A stretch of 64,000 bases of DNA, from contig CAVTCS010000003.1 in NCBI GenBank assembly GCA_963733295.1, forward strand, positions 672,001 through 736,000, read 5' to 3'. The position numbers were made by a program, and so were the translations under genes. The stretch is from Vulcanimicrobiota bacterium. Lineage in GTDB: Bacteria; Vulcanimicrobiota; Vulcanimicrobiia; Vulcanimicrobiales; Vulcanimicrobiaceae. Shown one piece after another: positions 52,193-60,990 of the stretch. Every line of letters starts with the position of its first letter. Position 1 is the stretch's first letter. The notes below the pieces were generated by a model, which searched no databases, had not been told where the DNA came from, and was given only the letters and a program-made list of their open reading frames with translations.

Positions 52193-52714
52193 ATGAAGCT
52201 GCGCTCCGCGGCCGTTCTTGCCGCGCTTACGTTCGTGCTCGGAATGTTCCCGAGCGTCGCCGCGGCTCGACATAGCCCGCAAACCGGACTGCGAAGCATT
52301 ACCTTCGCGAAGCCGCCGCCCGATTTTACCTTCGATACCGGATCCGGACCCGAGCGTTTGAGCGCACTTTTCGGCAAACCGATCGTCCTCAATTTTTGGG
52401 CGACTTGGTGTGCGCCGTGCGTGCAAGAACTCGACGTCTTTGCGAAGATGCAGAGCGTCTACGGCGACGACGCGACGCTGATCACGCTTTCAAAGGAAGC
52501 ACCGGGCACCGCGCGAGCGTTCTTGGACGCCGAGCACCTCGCGCTTCCGCTCGTCGAGGACCCGAGCGGCTCGATCTTTGCCGAATACTCGATCGAGAAG
52601 GTTCCGGTCACGATCGTGCTGCGGCGCGACGGCACCGTGTCCTACGTCTCGGTTGGGGAGCTGAATTGGAACGAGCTCCAAACGGCGCTTGACGCCGTTC
52701 TGGCGGAGCAGTGA
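52193..52714 (+). CDS. TlpA/ResA-like thiol-disulfide oxidoreductase
   Basis: Signal/TM, LNFWATWCAPC. Confidence 0.9.
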   Translation: MKLRSAAVLAALTFVLGMFPSVAAARHSPQTGLRSITFAKPPPDFTFDTGSGPERLSALFGKPIVLNFWATWCAPCVQELDVFAKMQSVYGDDATLITLSKEAPGTARAFLDAEHLALPLVEDPSGSIFAEYSIEKVPVTIVLRRDGTVSYVSVGELNWNELQTALDAVLAEQ

Positions 52715-52725
52715 CGCCCTTGCAC

Positions 52726-52754
52726 TTGACCCCTCCCGGCGGCTTTGTTACGGT
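52726..52754 (+). promoter_or_regulatory. Promoter of the hrcA operon
   Basis: TTGACC-N17-TACGGT with extended TG. Confidence 0.65.
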
Positions 52755-52764
52755 AGGGGGAATG

Positions 52765-52791
52765 CTGGCACTCAAGAGCCATGACTGCTAA
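52765..52791 (+). promoter_or_regulatory. CIRCE element (HrcA operator)
   Basis: CTGGCACTC-N9-GACTGCTAA vs consensus TTAGCACTC-N9-GAGTGCTAA. Confidence 0.88.
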
Positions 52792-53857
52792 GAATCCAGG
52801 TAGGGAGCCGACGGTCGCTCGCCCGGAACTCGACAAGCGCAAAGCCTTCATTTTGGCAACCGTGGTCTACGAGTATGTCGCGACGGCCGAGCCGGTCGGG
52901 TCGCAGACCCTCACCCAGAAGTACAACCTCGGAGTAAGTTCGGCCACCATTCGCAACGAGATGGCCGAGTTGGAGACGGCGGGCTACTTGATCCAGCCGC
53001 ACACCTCGGCGGGTCGCGTCCCATCCGATGCCGGTTACCGCACGTACGTGGACCAGCTCATGCGCCCCGAACCGTTGCCGCCGGGGGAATCGCGCCGCAT
53101 TCGCGACGAGTTCCGCGCGGCCAGCCGTGAGTTGGACGACGTCATCGAGGTGACGACGCGCCTCATGGGCCAACTCTCCAAGAACGTTGCGTTCATGGTC
53201 GCGCCGCTGCGCGAGACGCAGACCTTCCGGCACATTCAGCTGATCTGGCTTTCGGAGCGAAACGGCCTCGCGATCGTCGTGAGTTCCCTTGGAGTCGCGC
53301 TCCAGCAGCCGTTCGAGCACGCGCACGTCTCCGCCGACGATCTGACGAGCCTCTCCAACGCGCTCAACGCTGCCTTGAGCGGCAAGCCGATGCGGGATCT
53401 CGCATCGCTCGACGTGGCGAGCATCGTTCGGCATGCCGGATTGACGCGCGAACTGGCGAGCGAAGTCCAGAGCGCTTTCAACGAAGCCGCTCACAACGAA
53501 GCCTCGCCGGCCGTCTTTTCGAGCGGTGCTCAACATTTGCTCGATCAGCCGGAGTTTCAAGATTTGCGCAAGCTTCGCTCGATCTTGCGCATTATCGAAG
53601 AGCAGAAGAGTTTGTACGAACTCGTAGCCGACTCGATGACGAGCGAAGGCCCGACCGTGAAGATCGGAAGCGAACTCGGTTCCGACGAGATCACCGAATG
53701 CAGCGTCGTGACGGTTCCCTATCGCCTAGGCGAAGGCGTCGTCGGCATGCTCGCGATCCTCGGGCCGCGGCGGATGCCGTACGCGCGTCTGCTATCGATC
53801 GCGACGAGCACCGCCGAATCGCTCAATAGCCACCTCAGCGACAGCGAGATTCGATAG
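52781..53857 (+). CDS. hrcA: Heat-inducible transcription repressor HrcA
   Basis: EPVGS, SSATIRNEMA.LE..G...QPHTSAGRVP...GYR.YVD, LGP.RM.Y. Confidence 0.96.
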   Translation: MTAKNPGREPTVARPELDKRKAFILATVVYEYVATAEPVGSQTLTQKYNLGVSSATIRNEMAELETAGYLIQPHTSAGRVPSDAGYRTYVDQLMRPEPLPPGESRRIRDEFRAASRELDDVIEVTTRLMGQLSKNVAFMVAPLRETQTFRHIQLIWLSERNGLAIVVSSLGVALQQPFEHAHVSADDLTSLSNALNAALSGKPMRDLASLDVASIVRHAGLTRELASEVQSAFNEAAHNEASPAVFSSGAQHLLDQPEFQDLRKLRSILRIIEEQKSLYELVADSMTSEGPTVKIGSELGSDEITECSVVTVPYRLGEGVVGMLAILGPRRMPYARLLSIATSTAESLNSHLSDSEIR

Positions 53858-53862
53858 CGCGC

Positions 53863-54969
53863 GTGACGATCGACTATTACGGCGTCCTCGGCGTCGAGCG
53901 CGGCGCGAGCGACGCCGAGATCAAACGCGCGTACCGGGGGCTCGCGCGGAAGTTTCATCCCGACGTCGCGGACGATAAGCTCGCCGCCGAAGCGAAGTTC
54001 AAGCAGATCAACGAAGCGTACGAAATCCTGTCGGATCCCCAGAAGCGCCAGCAGTACGACCGTTTCGGTCAAGCGGGTCCGAGCGCCGCCGGCTACGGTC
54101 CGTTCGGAGGGGGCGACGGTTTCAGCGATATTTTCGACATGTTCTTCGGGGCGCGCGCCTCGGGAACGCAGCCGAGATCCGGACCGGCGCGCGGTGCCGA
54201 CTTGCGCTACGATCTGCAGATCACGCTCGAGGACGCCTTCGCCGGCGTCGAGCGCGAAATCTCGTTCAACCATCTCGGAACCTGCGAGACCTGTCACGGT
54301 TCGGGCGCCAAGCCTGGTACCCAAGTCGTTCGCTGCGATCGGTGCGGCGGTTCGGGCGTCATGCGTTCGGTGCGTCAGACGCCGCTCGGCCAGTTCGTCA
54401 CGCAAACGACCTGCACGAAATGCGGCGGCGAGGGTCAGGTCGTGCCGACGCCGTGCGAAGCTTGTCGCGGTCGCGGCCGGGTCGAGCGCGCGCGTTCGAT
54501 GCAGGTGAAGGTTCCAGCCGGCGTCGACGACGGCAGCCGCATTCGCATTCCCGGCTCCGGCGAAGCCGGCGCGCGGGGCGGCGCACCGGGCGACCTCTAC
54601 GTGTATTTGACGATTTCTCCGCACCCGCGCTTCCACCGCGAAGGACAGGAACTTCACGTCGACGTCCCCCTGACGTTCACGCAAGCCGCGCTCGGTGCCG
54701 TCCTCGGGATAGAGGCGCTCGACGGCAAGCACGATCTGCAAGTCGCGGCGGGCACGCAAAGCGGCGCGACGTACCGCTTGCGCGGCCGCGGCATGCCGTC
54801 GGTGCGTGGCGGTGCGCGCGGCGACCTGCTCGTGCGCGTTCACGTCGTCGTTCCGACAAAGCTCTCGCGTCGCGAACGCGAGCTTCTCGAAGAATTCGCG
54901 CGACTCGGCGGCGATCAGCTCGACGATCGCACGTTCCTCGAGCGCGTGAAGGATGCGTTCACGCCCTGA
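53863..54969 (+). CDS. dnaJ: Chaperone DnaJ
   Basis: J domain with HPD, G/F region, four CxxCxGxG repeats. Confidence 0.96.
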   Translation: MTIDYYGVLGVERGASDAEIKRAYRGLARKFHPDVADDKLAAEAKFKQINEAYEILSDPQKRQQYDRFGQAGPSAAGYGPFGGGDGFSDIFDMFFGARASGTQPRSGPARGADLRYDLQITLEDAFAGVEREISFNHLGTCETCHGSGAKPGTQVVRCDRCGGSGVMRSVRQTPLGQFVTQTTCTKCGGEGQVVPTPCEACRGRGRVERARSMQVKVPAGVDDGSRIRIPGSGEAGARGGAPGDLYVYLTISPHPRFHREGQELHVDVPLTFTQAALGAVLGIEALDGKHDLQVAAGTQSGATYRLRGRGMPSVRGGARGDLLVRVHVVVPTKLSRRERELLEEFARLGGDQLDDRTFLERVKDAFTP

Positions 54970-55700
54970 GTTCGCCTCCGCGCTTCTTCGTCGACGGGGT
55001 TCATCGCGAAGGCGACCTCGTCGCGTTGCGGGGCGCAGACGCACGGAAGATCACCCTCGTCCTGCGCAAACGCACCGGTGAAGCGATTGAAGTCTGCGAT
55101 TCGGCCGGAAGTTCGTTTGGCGCCATCCTGGAGATCGACGGCCGTAAGGTAGCGGCGCGTCTCGGGCCGGGCGCGGCCCGCCCGCGCGTCGCGCTCGAGA
55201 TCGTGCTCGCGCAGGCTTTGCCCAAAGGGCAGAAGATGGACTTCGTCGTCGAAAAGGCGACGGAGCTCGGTGTGCGGCGCATCATACCGCTACGGACGGA
55301 GCGCACACTCGGCACCGCCGACCGATTCGGAAAAGTCGAGCGCTGGAGGCGTTTGGCGCGCACCGCCGCGGCGCAATGCGGCCGTCCCGATGTGCCCCTC
55401 GTCGACGACATCACCGGCTGGGCCGAACTCGAAGGGGAGGTTCGAGCGGTCGCGCTCGCCCTTATTCCATGGGAATTGGCCGAACCGGTCCCGCTCCGCG
55501 ACGCGCTGCCTGGGATGCTGGCCGGCGTTGACAACGTGCTCGTTGCGATCGGACCGGAGGGCGGGTTCGCGCACGACGAGATCGAGCGAGGGCGCGCTTG
55601 GGGCGCCCGCACCGTATCTCTCGGCAAGCGAATCTTGCGCACCGAGACGGCGGGACTCGTCGCATGTAGCGCCATTCTCTATGCGGCGGGCGAGCTCTAA
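54966..55700 (+). CDS. rsmE: 16S rRNA m3U1498 methyltransferase RsmE
   Basis: PRFFV, KGQKMD.VVEKATELG, IGPEGG, LG.RILRTETA; apparent CTG start overlapping dnaJ stop. Confidence 0.92.
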   Translation: MSSPPRFFVDGVHREGDLVALRGADARKITLVLRKRTGEAIEVCDSAGSSFGAILEIDGRKVAARLGPGAARPRVALEIVLAQALPKGQKMDFVVEKATELGVRRIIPLRTERTLGTADRFGKVERWRRLARTAAAQCGRPDVPLVDDITGWAELEGEVRAVALALIPWELAEPVPLRDALPGMLAGVDNVLVAIGPEGGFAHDEIERGRAWGARTVSLGKRILRTETAGLVACSAILYAAGEL

Positions 55701-55768
55701 ACGGGGTCCGCGAGATGAGGCCGCCCGACGCGCGCCGTATAAGAGAAGGTTATGGCCACGAGGTCGGC

Positions 55769-56517
55769 TTGAAGTTCTCGATCGTCATTCCGACGTACAA
55801 CGAAGCGGGCGGAATCGAGCGTCTGATTCAGACGCTCGACGATGTCTTTCGCGCGAATTCGCTTGACGGCGAGATCATCGTCGTCGACGACAACTCGCCC
55901 GACGGCACCGGCAGCGATCGTCGAAGGCTTGGCGGCGCGCTATCCCGTGCGCTGCTTGCACCGTCCCGGCAAGATGGGACTCTCGAGCGGCGTGATCGAC
56001 GGCTGGAAGTTCGCGCGGCCGGACTCAGAGGCGCTCGGCGCGATGGACGCCGACTTCAGCCACGATCCGAGAATCTTCCCGCCGATGGTCCGCGCGCTCG
56101 AATCGGGCGAGTACGGACTAGCCATCGGCAGCCGTTACGTTAAGGGCGGCGGCATCCGTAACTGGCCGTTGCGCCGCAAGATCACTTCGCGCGTTGCGAT
56201 CGCGCTAGCGAAGCCGCTGACCCCGGTGCAGGACATCACGAGCGGCTATTTGCTCGTTAAGCGCGACGCGCTCGAAGGCGTCGAACTGGATCCGATCGGT
56301 TTCAAGATCGGTCTCGAAGTGATCGCGAAGGCGCACTACGGGCGAGGCGATCGAGGTGCCGTACGTCTTTACGGATCGCGTTGCGGGCACGTCGAAGCTC
56401 AATCAGAGCGAGATCCTCAACTACTTGCGACAGTTGCGCCGCATCTATGCCTCGAAACTCTTATGGCAGAAGAGTCCGAAGCCGCCGCGGCGTGACCCGA
56501 GCGGGAAAATCGCCTGA
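55769..56517 (+). CDS. Polyprenol monophosphomannose synthase-like GT2 (frameshifted)
   Basis: SIVIPTYNE, VDDNSPDGT, MDADFSH.P, GSRY..GG, GFKI.LE, F.DR..G.SK across three frames; start 55715 or 55769. Confidence 0.82.
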
Positions 56518-57406
56518 TGCCGATGCCCGATTGGCTGCGCATCCGGCGCGAAGACCGAGCTGGCCTCGGGCGACGAAACGCTGTGGGACAAGTGTCCCTC
56601 CTGCGGTGACGATGCTCTACCGCAAGGACCTCGAAGCGAACCTTTGGGTCTGCACGCGCTGCGGCCATCACTTTCGGATGCACGCCTACGATCGTATCAA
56701 CATGCTCGTCGACGGCGACTTCGTCGAAATCGGCGGCGAGATTCTTCCCGGCGATCCGCTGGGCTGGGTCGATAAGCGCCCGTATCCGCAGAAGCTCGAG
56801 ACGCGATCGCGAGAAATCGAATCTCAGCGAAGCCGTCGTAACGGGCTTTGGAACGATCGGTGGTTTCCCGATCGCGCTCGGCGTGATGGACTTCAACTTC
56901 CGCGGCGGAACGATGGGCACGGTCGTCGGCGAGCGCATCGCGCACTTGTTCGAAGAAGCGCGGCGCCGGCATTTGCCGGTGATCGTTTTTACCGCCAGCG
57001 GCGGGGCGCGCATGGAAGAAGGCATGCTCGCGCTTGATGCAGATGGCGAAGACGACGCATAGCCGTCGATCGTTTCATGCAAGACGGAAACCTCCTACGT
57101 CTCCGTTTTGACCGATCCGACGACCGGCGGCGTATCGGCGTCGTTCGCCTTTCAGGCCGACATCATCGATCGCCGAAGCGCGCGCGGCGATCGGTTTCGC
57201 CGGCCGCCGCGTGATCGAGCAGACGATCCGCCAGAAGCTGCCGGAGAATTTTCAGACGGCCGAATTCTTGCTCGAGAAAGGCCACGTCGACATGGTCGTG
57301 GCGCGACCGGCGATCTCGCGAGACGCTGATCCGCATGCTCGACTACGCCGTCGATCGTAAGCGCATTGCGCCGGCACTGAAAGCCGTTCCGGAGTTCGCA
57401 CTCTGA
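56517..57406 (+). CDS. accD: Acetyl-CoA carboxylase carboxyltransferase beta (multiple frameshifts)
   Basis: [16 protein letters not shown] zinc ribbon, [44 protein letters not shown]. Confidence 0.88.
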
Positions 57407-57428
57407 GGCGGGGGCCGGTGATGCCGCG

Positions 57429-58408
57429 ATGAATCTGATCGTCGAGCGCGAGAAGAGCATCCAAGCTCTCGAAGACCGCATCGCCGCGCTGCGCGCCCGC
57501 GACGCCGACCGGTACGAGCGAAGCAAGTCGCGGCTGCTCGAAAGCAAGTATGCCGAGCTCAGAGCAAGATCTGTTCGGCCATCTAACGCCTTGGGAGCGC
57601 GTCAATATGGCGCGCCATCCGAAGCGGCCGATCGCGAGCGACTACATCGCGCGCTCGATCAGTTCGACGAATTGCACGGCGACCGCCACTTCCGCGACGA
57701 TCCGGCGCTAGTCGGCGGGTTCGCGAAGATTCGCGGCCGCCGCGTGATGGTGCTCGCCCAACAGAAGGGCCGCGACACCAAGGAAAACATCCGGCGTAAC
57801 TTCGGAATCGTTTCGCCCGGAGGGTTACCGTAAGGCGAAGCGCCTGATGGAGCTCGCGACGCGTTTCGAGCTGCCCATCGTGACGCTGGTCGATACGTAA
57901 GGTGCCGATCCGGGCATCGGCTCGGAAGAGCGGGCACAGGCCGAAGCCATCGCGGCCTGTCTGACGACCCTCTCGCGGGCGCGCGTCCCGATCGTCGCCA
58001 CGATCATCGGCGAGGGCGGAAGCGGCGGTGCCTTGGCTCTGGCGCTCGCCGATCGCGTCATCATGCCGAGCATGCCATCTACTCCGTCGCTTCTCCCGAA
58101 GGTTGCGCGGCGATTCTCTGGCGCGACGCGAGCCGCGCCGAAGAAGCTGCGGCACGCCTGCGTCTTGACCAGCGACGATCTGCTTGGGTTTCGGGATCGT
58201 CGACGAAATCGTGCCCGAACCGCTTGGAGGCGCGCAGCGCGAGCCGGAAGCCTTCGTCGCCAAAGTCGTCGATGCGATCGAAGCGGCGTTACGACGTCTC
58301 GAGAACGTGCCGCCCGATACGCTGCGGGAGCGTCGCTATGAAAAGTACCGGCGCATCGGTGCTTGGGAAAACGACGCGCGCAGCAACGTCGCCGTGGTCG
58401 TGCCGTGA
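57429..58408 (+). CDS. accA: Acetyl-CoA carboxylase carboxyltransferase alpha (frameshifts and an in-frame stop)
   Basis: [55 protein letters not shown]. Confidence 0.88.
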
Positions 58409-58722
58409 ACCGCATTCGCGCTGCGGGTCGGCTGACGTTAGCGGCGGTCGGGCTGGCCTTCGTCGCCCTCATCGGTTTGCAGTTTGCCAACATCATCGCG
58501 CGCAACGTCGCGGTGGCGCGCGAGGTTTCCGCCTCGCGCGCGGAGCTGACGGCGCTTCGCGCCAAGGAGCGCCGGCAACTGCGCACGATAGCGCGGCTCA
58601 GCAACCCGCGCGGTGCGATTCCCGAGATTCACGATAAGTTGCGGCTCGTCGGGCCTCACGAAGAGCTGATCTTCATCGAAGGCTTGCCCAGCCCGACGCC
58701 GGAACCGGAGAGCGGTCTCTGA
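58405..58722 (+). CDS. Septum formation initiator (FtsB/DivIC-like)
   Basis: One TM, coiled coil, L.NP...I...L.LV.P.E. Confidence 0.7.
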   Translation: MNRIRAAGRLTLAAVGLAFVALIGLQFANIIARNVAVAREVSASRAELTALRAKERRQLRTIARLSNPRGAIPEIHDKLRLVGPHEELIFIEGLPSPTPEPESGL

Positions 58723-59087
58723 GCGTCGTCCGCGGCGTCGTGATCAACGTGCATCATCACGGTGCGACCGTGCGCCTCGAGGACGGCTCGATTGCAGCGG
58801 TCCCCGCCGCCGAAGCCTCGGCGCACGCGGACGCGCTCACGCGCAGTTTGCAGCGGCGCGAAGCGATTTGTTTTGCGCTCGAGATGACGGGACGGCACGC
58901 CGTCGCGCGCGTCTCCCTCGACGCGTTGCCGCTGGTACCGGATCCGCACTTCGAAGAGAGGCTCAACGCCTACCTGAAATCGACCGAAGAATGGGCGCCC
59001 CCGGACCGCCCTGAACCCGCCGAGCGGCACTTCATTCGCAAGAAGCGGCGGGCGGCACACTTCGAGGCGCGCGCCAAGCCCACGTAG
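58719..59087 (+). CDS. Degenerate S1-domain protein (YabR-like)
   Basis: VVRGVVINV...GATVRLEDG and FEERLNAYLKSTEE; follows the DivIC-like gene; start CTG 58719 or GTG 58740. Confidence 0.55.
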   Translation: MSVVRGVVINVHHHGATVRLEDGSIAAVPAAEASAHADALTRSLQRREAICFALEMTGRHAVARVSLDALPLVPDPHFEERLNAYLKSTEEWAPPDRPEPAERHFIRKKRRAAHFEARAKPT

Positions 59088-59100
59088 AACGCCAGAGGGC

Positions 59101-59973
59101 GTGAAAAGCGATCCCATCTCGCCGGTCAGCGTCCCAGGCTGCTTCGTGCGCATTCAGGGAACGTATGCGTCACTGAGGACCGCTGAGCAGCGGGTAGCCG
59201 ATTTTATCCTTAAGAACGCCGAAGACCTCATCTATCTGACGGTGACGGAATTGGCGGAACGCACCCAGACGAGCGAATCGACGGTCGTCCGGTTGTGCCA
59301 AAAGATCGGGTACAAAGGTTACCAGGAATTCAAAATCATGCTGGCTCGCGATCTCGTCGGGCCGACCGAGACCGTTTACGAACAGATCGACGCGAGCGAC
59401 AACCTCACGGCGCTCAAGGCGAAGGTCTTCCAAGCCAACGCTCAGGCGCTCAAAGACACGATGGAAGTGCTCTCGGACGACGAGCTGGAGCGGGCGGTCG
59501 GGGCTCTGGCGGTAGCGCGCCGGGTCGAGATCTACGGCATCGGCGGCAGCGCGCCCCTCGCGCTCGATGCCTATCACAAGTTCATGAAACTCGGCATCGC
59601 CGCAGTCTGGTTGAACGACAGCGATCTGATGGCGATGTCGTCGGCGCTGCTCGGTACCGGCGACGTCGCGCTCGGGATCAGTCACACCGGCGCTTCGCGC
59701 GACGTCTGCGACGCGATGGAAAACGCGCAGCGGGCGGGCGCCACGACCATCTGCATCACACACCGCGCGACTTCGCCGATCACGAAGGTCGCGCACATCA
59801 AACTGTTTACGGCCGCCAAAGAGACGGCTTTCGGTTCCGACGCGATGTCGAGCCGGATCGCCCAACTGTCGATCATCGACGTGCTCTACGCCGGGATCGC
59901 GAACAAGGATTACGACAAGTCTCTCGCGCGCATTCAAAAGACGCGCGAAGCATCTGCCGGGAAGCGGTATTAA
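59101..59973 (+). CDS. MurR/RpiR family transcriptional regulator
   Basis: SESTVVRLCQKIGY.GY.EFK, YGIGGS, GISHTG (SIS domain), SRIAQL. Confidence 0.93.
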   Translation: MKSDPISPVSVPGCFVRIQGTYASLRTAEQRVADFILKNAEDLIYLTVTELAERTQTSESTVVRLCQKIGYKGYQEFKIMLARDLVGPTETVYEQIDASDNLTALKAKVFQANAQALKDTMEVLSDDELERAVGALAVARRVEIYGIGGSAPLALDAYHKFMKLGIAAVWLNDSDLMAMSSALLGTGDVALGISHTGASRDVCDAMENAQRAGATTICITHRATSPITKVAHIKLFTAAKETAFGSDAMSSRIAQLSIIDVLYAGIANKDYDKSLARIQKTREASAGKRY

Positions 59974-60880
59974 CCGCGCAATAATCTCAATCGGGACGAA
60001 CACGACGCGGCTGCTCGTCGTACGCGATGCGGATGGCGGCGCGCTGGAACAACTCGAAGAAGGAGCGATCGGCACGCGCCTGGGCGAGGGCTTGAGCGAG
60101 AGCGGAAAGCTGAACGCCCGCGCGATGGAGCGCACGTTGCGCGCGGTCGCCGAGTTCGTGGCGCGCTCCAAGGCGCACCAGGCCCAGCTCTCCTCGATCG
60201 CCACCAGCGCAGTGCGTCGCGCCGACAACGCCGCGGAGTTCGGCGAACGCATGCGCGCCCTGACGAGCGTCGAGCTGCGCGTGCTGGAGGGCGAGCACGA
60301 AGCTGCCGCCAGCTTCCGCGGGGCGATGTACGGAGCGCCGCACGACGGCGCGGTGCGCGCGGTGCTCGACATCGGCGGCGGCAGCACCGAGTTTGCGACC
60401 GGCAGGGATGCGCGGCTCGAGCGCGCGGGCTCGGTCGAGATCGGTTCGGTGCGTATCACCGAACGGTTTCCGGACCTCGCCGGCAACGTGCCGGGAACAC
60501 GCGCACGCGCCGCCGCGGCCCAAGCGCGCCGCGCGATCGCGCACGAATTGGAATTCCTCAAAACTTTCGAGCCGGTCATTGAGGTCCGTGCGGTCGCCGG
60601 TACCCCGCTCACATTGGGCGCGATTGCCTTTGCTTCGAGCGTCGATAAGGTTTCGGGACGCGCTCTTTCTCGCGCGAATCTCGATGCCCTGATCGAGCGA
60701 TTGCTCGACCTCCCGCTGGCCGAGCGACGCGTCGTGCCGGGGATGCTGGCCCAACGCGCCGACATCTTGCCCGGCGGCGGACTGATTCTGTCGGAGGCGC
60801 TGCGTCTGCTCGGCATCGCCGAAGCGCGACTCGAATCGAACGATCTTTTGCTGGGCTACCTTCTGGAAGCGACGCAATAG
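59969..60880 (+). CDS. ppx: Ppx/GppA family phosphatase
   Basis: ISIGTNTTRLLV, TRLGEG, ATSAVR.A.N, DIGGGSTE, RADI; N-terminus lies upstream of the first canonical start, apparent ATT start. Confidence 0.88.
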   Translation: MNRAIISIGTNTTRLLVVRDADGGALEQLEEGAIGTRLGEGLSESGKLNARAMERTLRAVAEFVARSKAHQAQLSSIATSAVRRADNAAEFGERMRALTSVELRVLEGEHEAAASFRGAMYGAPHDGAVRAVLDIGGGSTEFATGRDARLERAGSVEIGSVRITERFPDLAGNVPGTRARAAAAQARRAIAHELEFLKTFEPVIEVRAVAGTPLTLGAIAFASSVDKVSGRALSRANLDALIERLLDLPLAERRVVPGMLAQRADILPGGGLILSEALRLLGIAEARLESNDLLLGYLLEATQ

Positions 60881-60883
60881 TGC

Positions 60884-60917
60884 TGTCGCCGCACATTTTT
60901 GCGGAGTGGCGGCGACA
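60884..60917. terminator. Stem-loop after ppx
   Basis: TGTCGCCGC/GCGGCGACA inverted repeat. Confidence 0.45.
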
Positions 60918-60990
60918 AGCATGGAAATGACTGCTCCCGTCGCGAACCCTCGCGACAAAGCAGCCCAGCCTCAACAGAAGGCCGGTTCGA

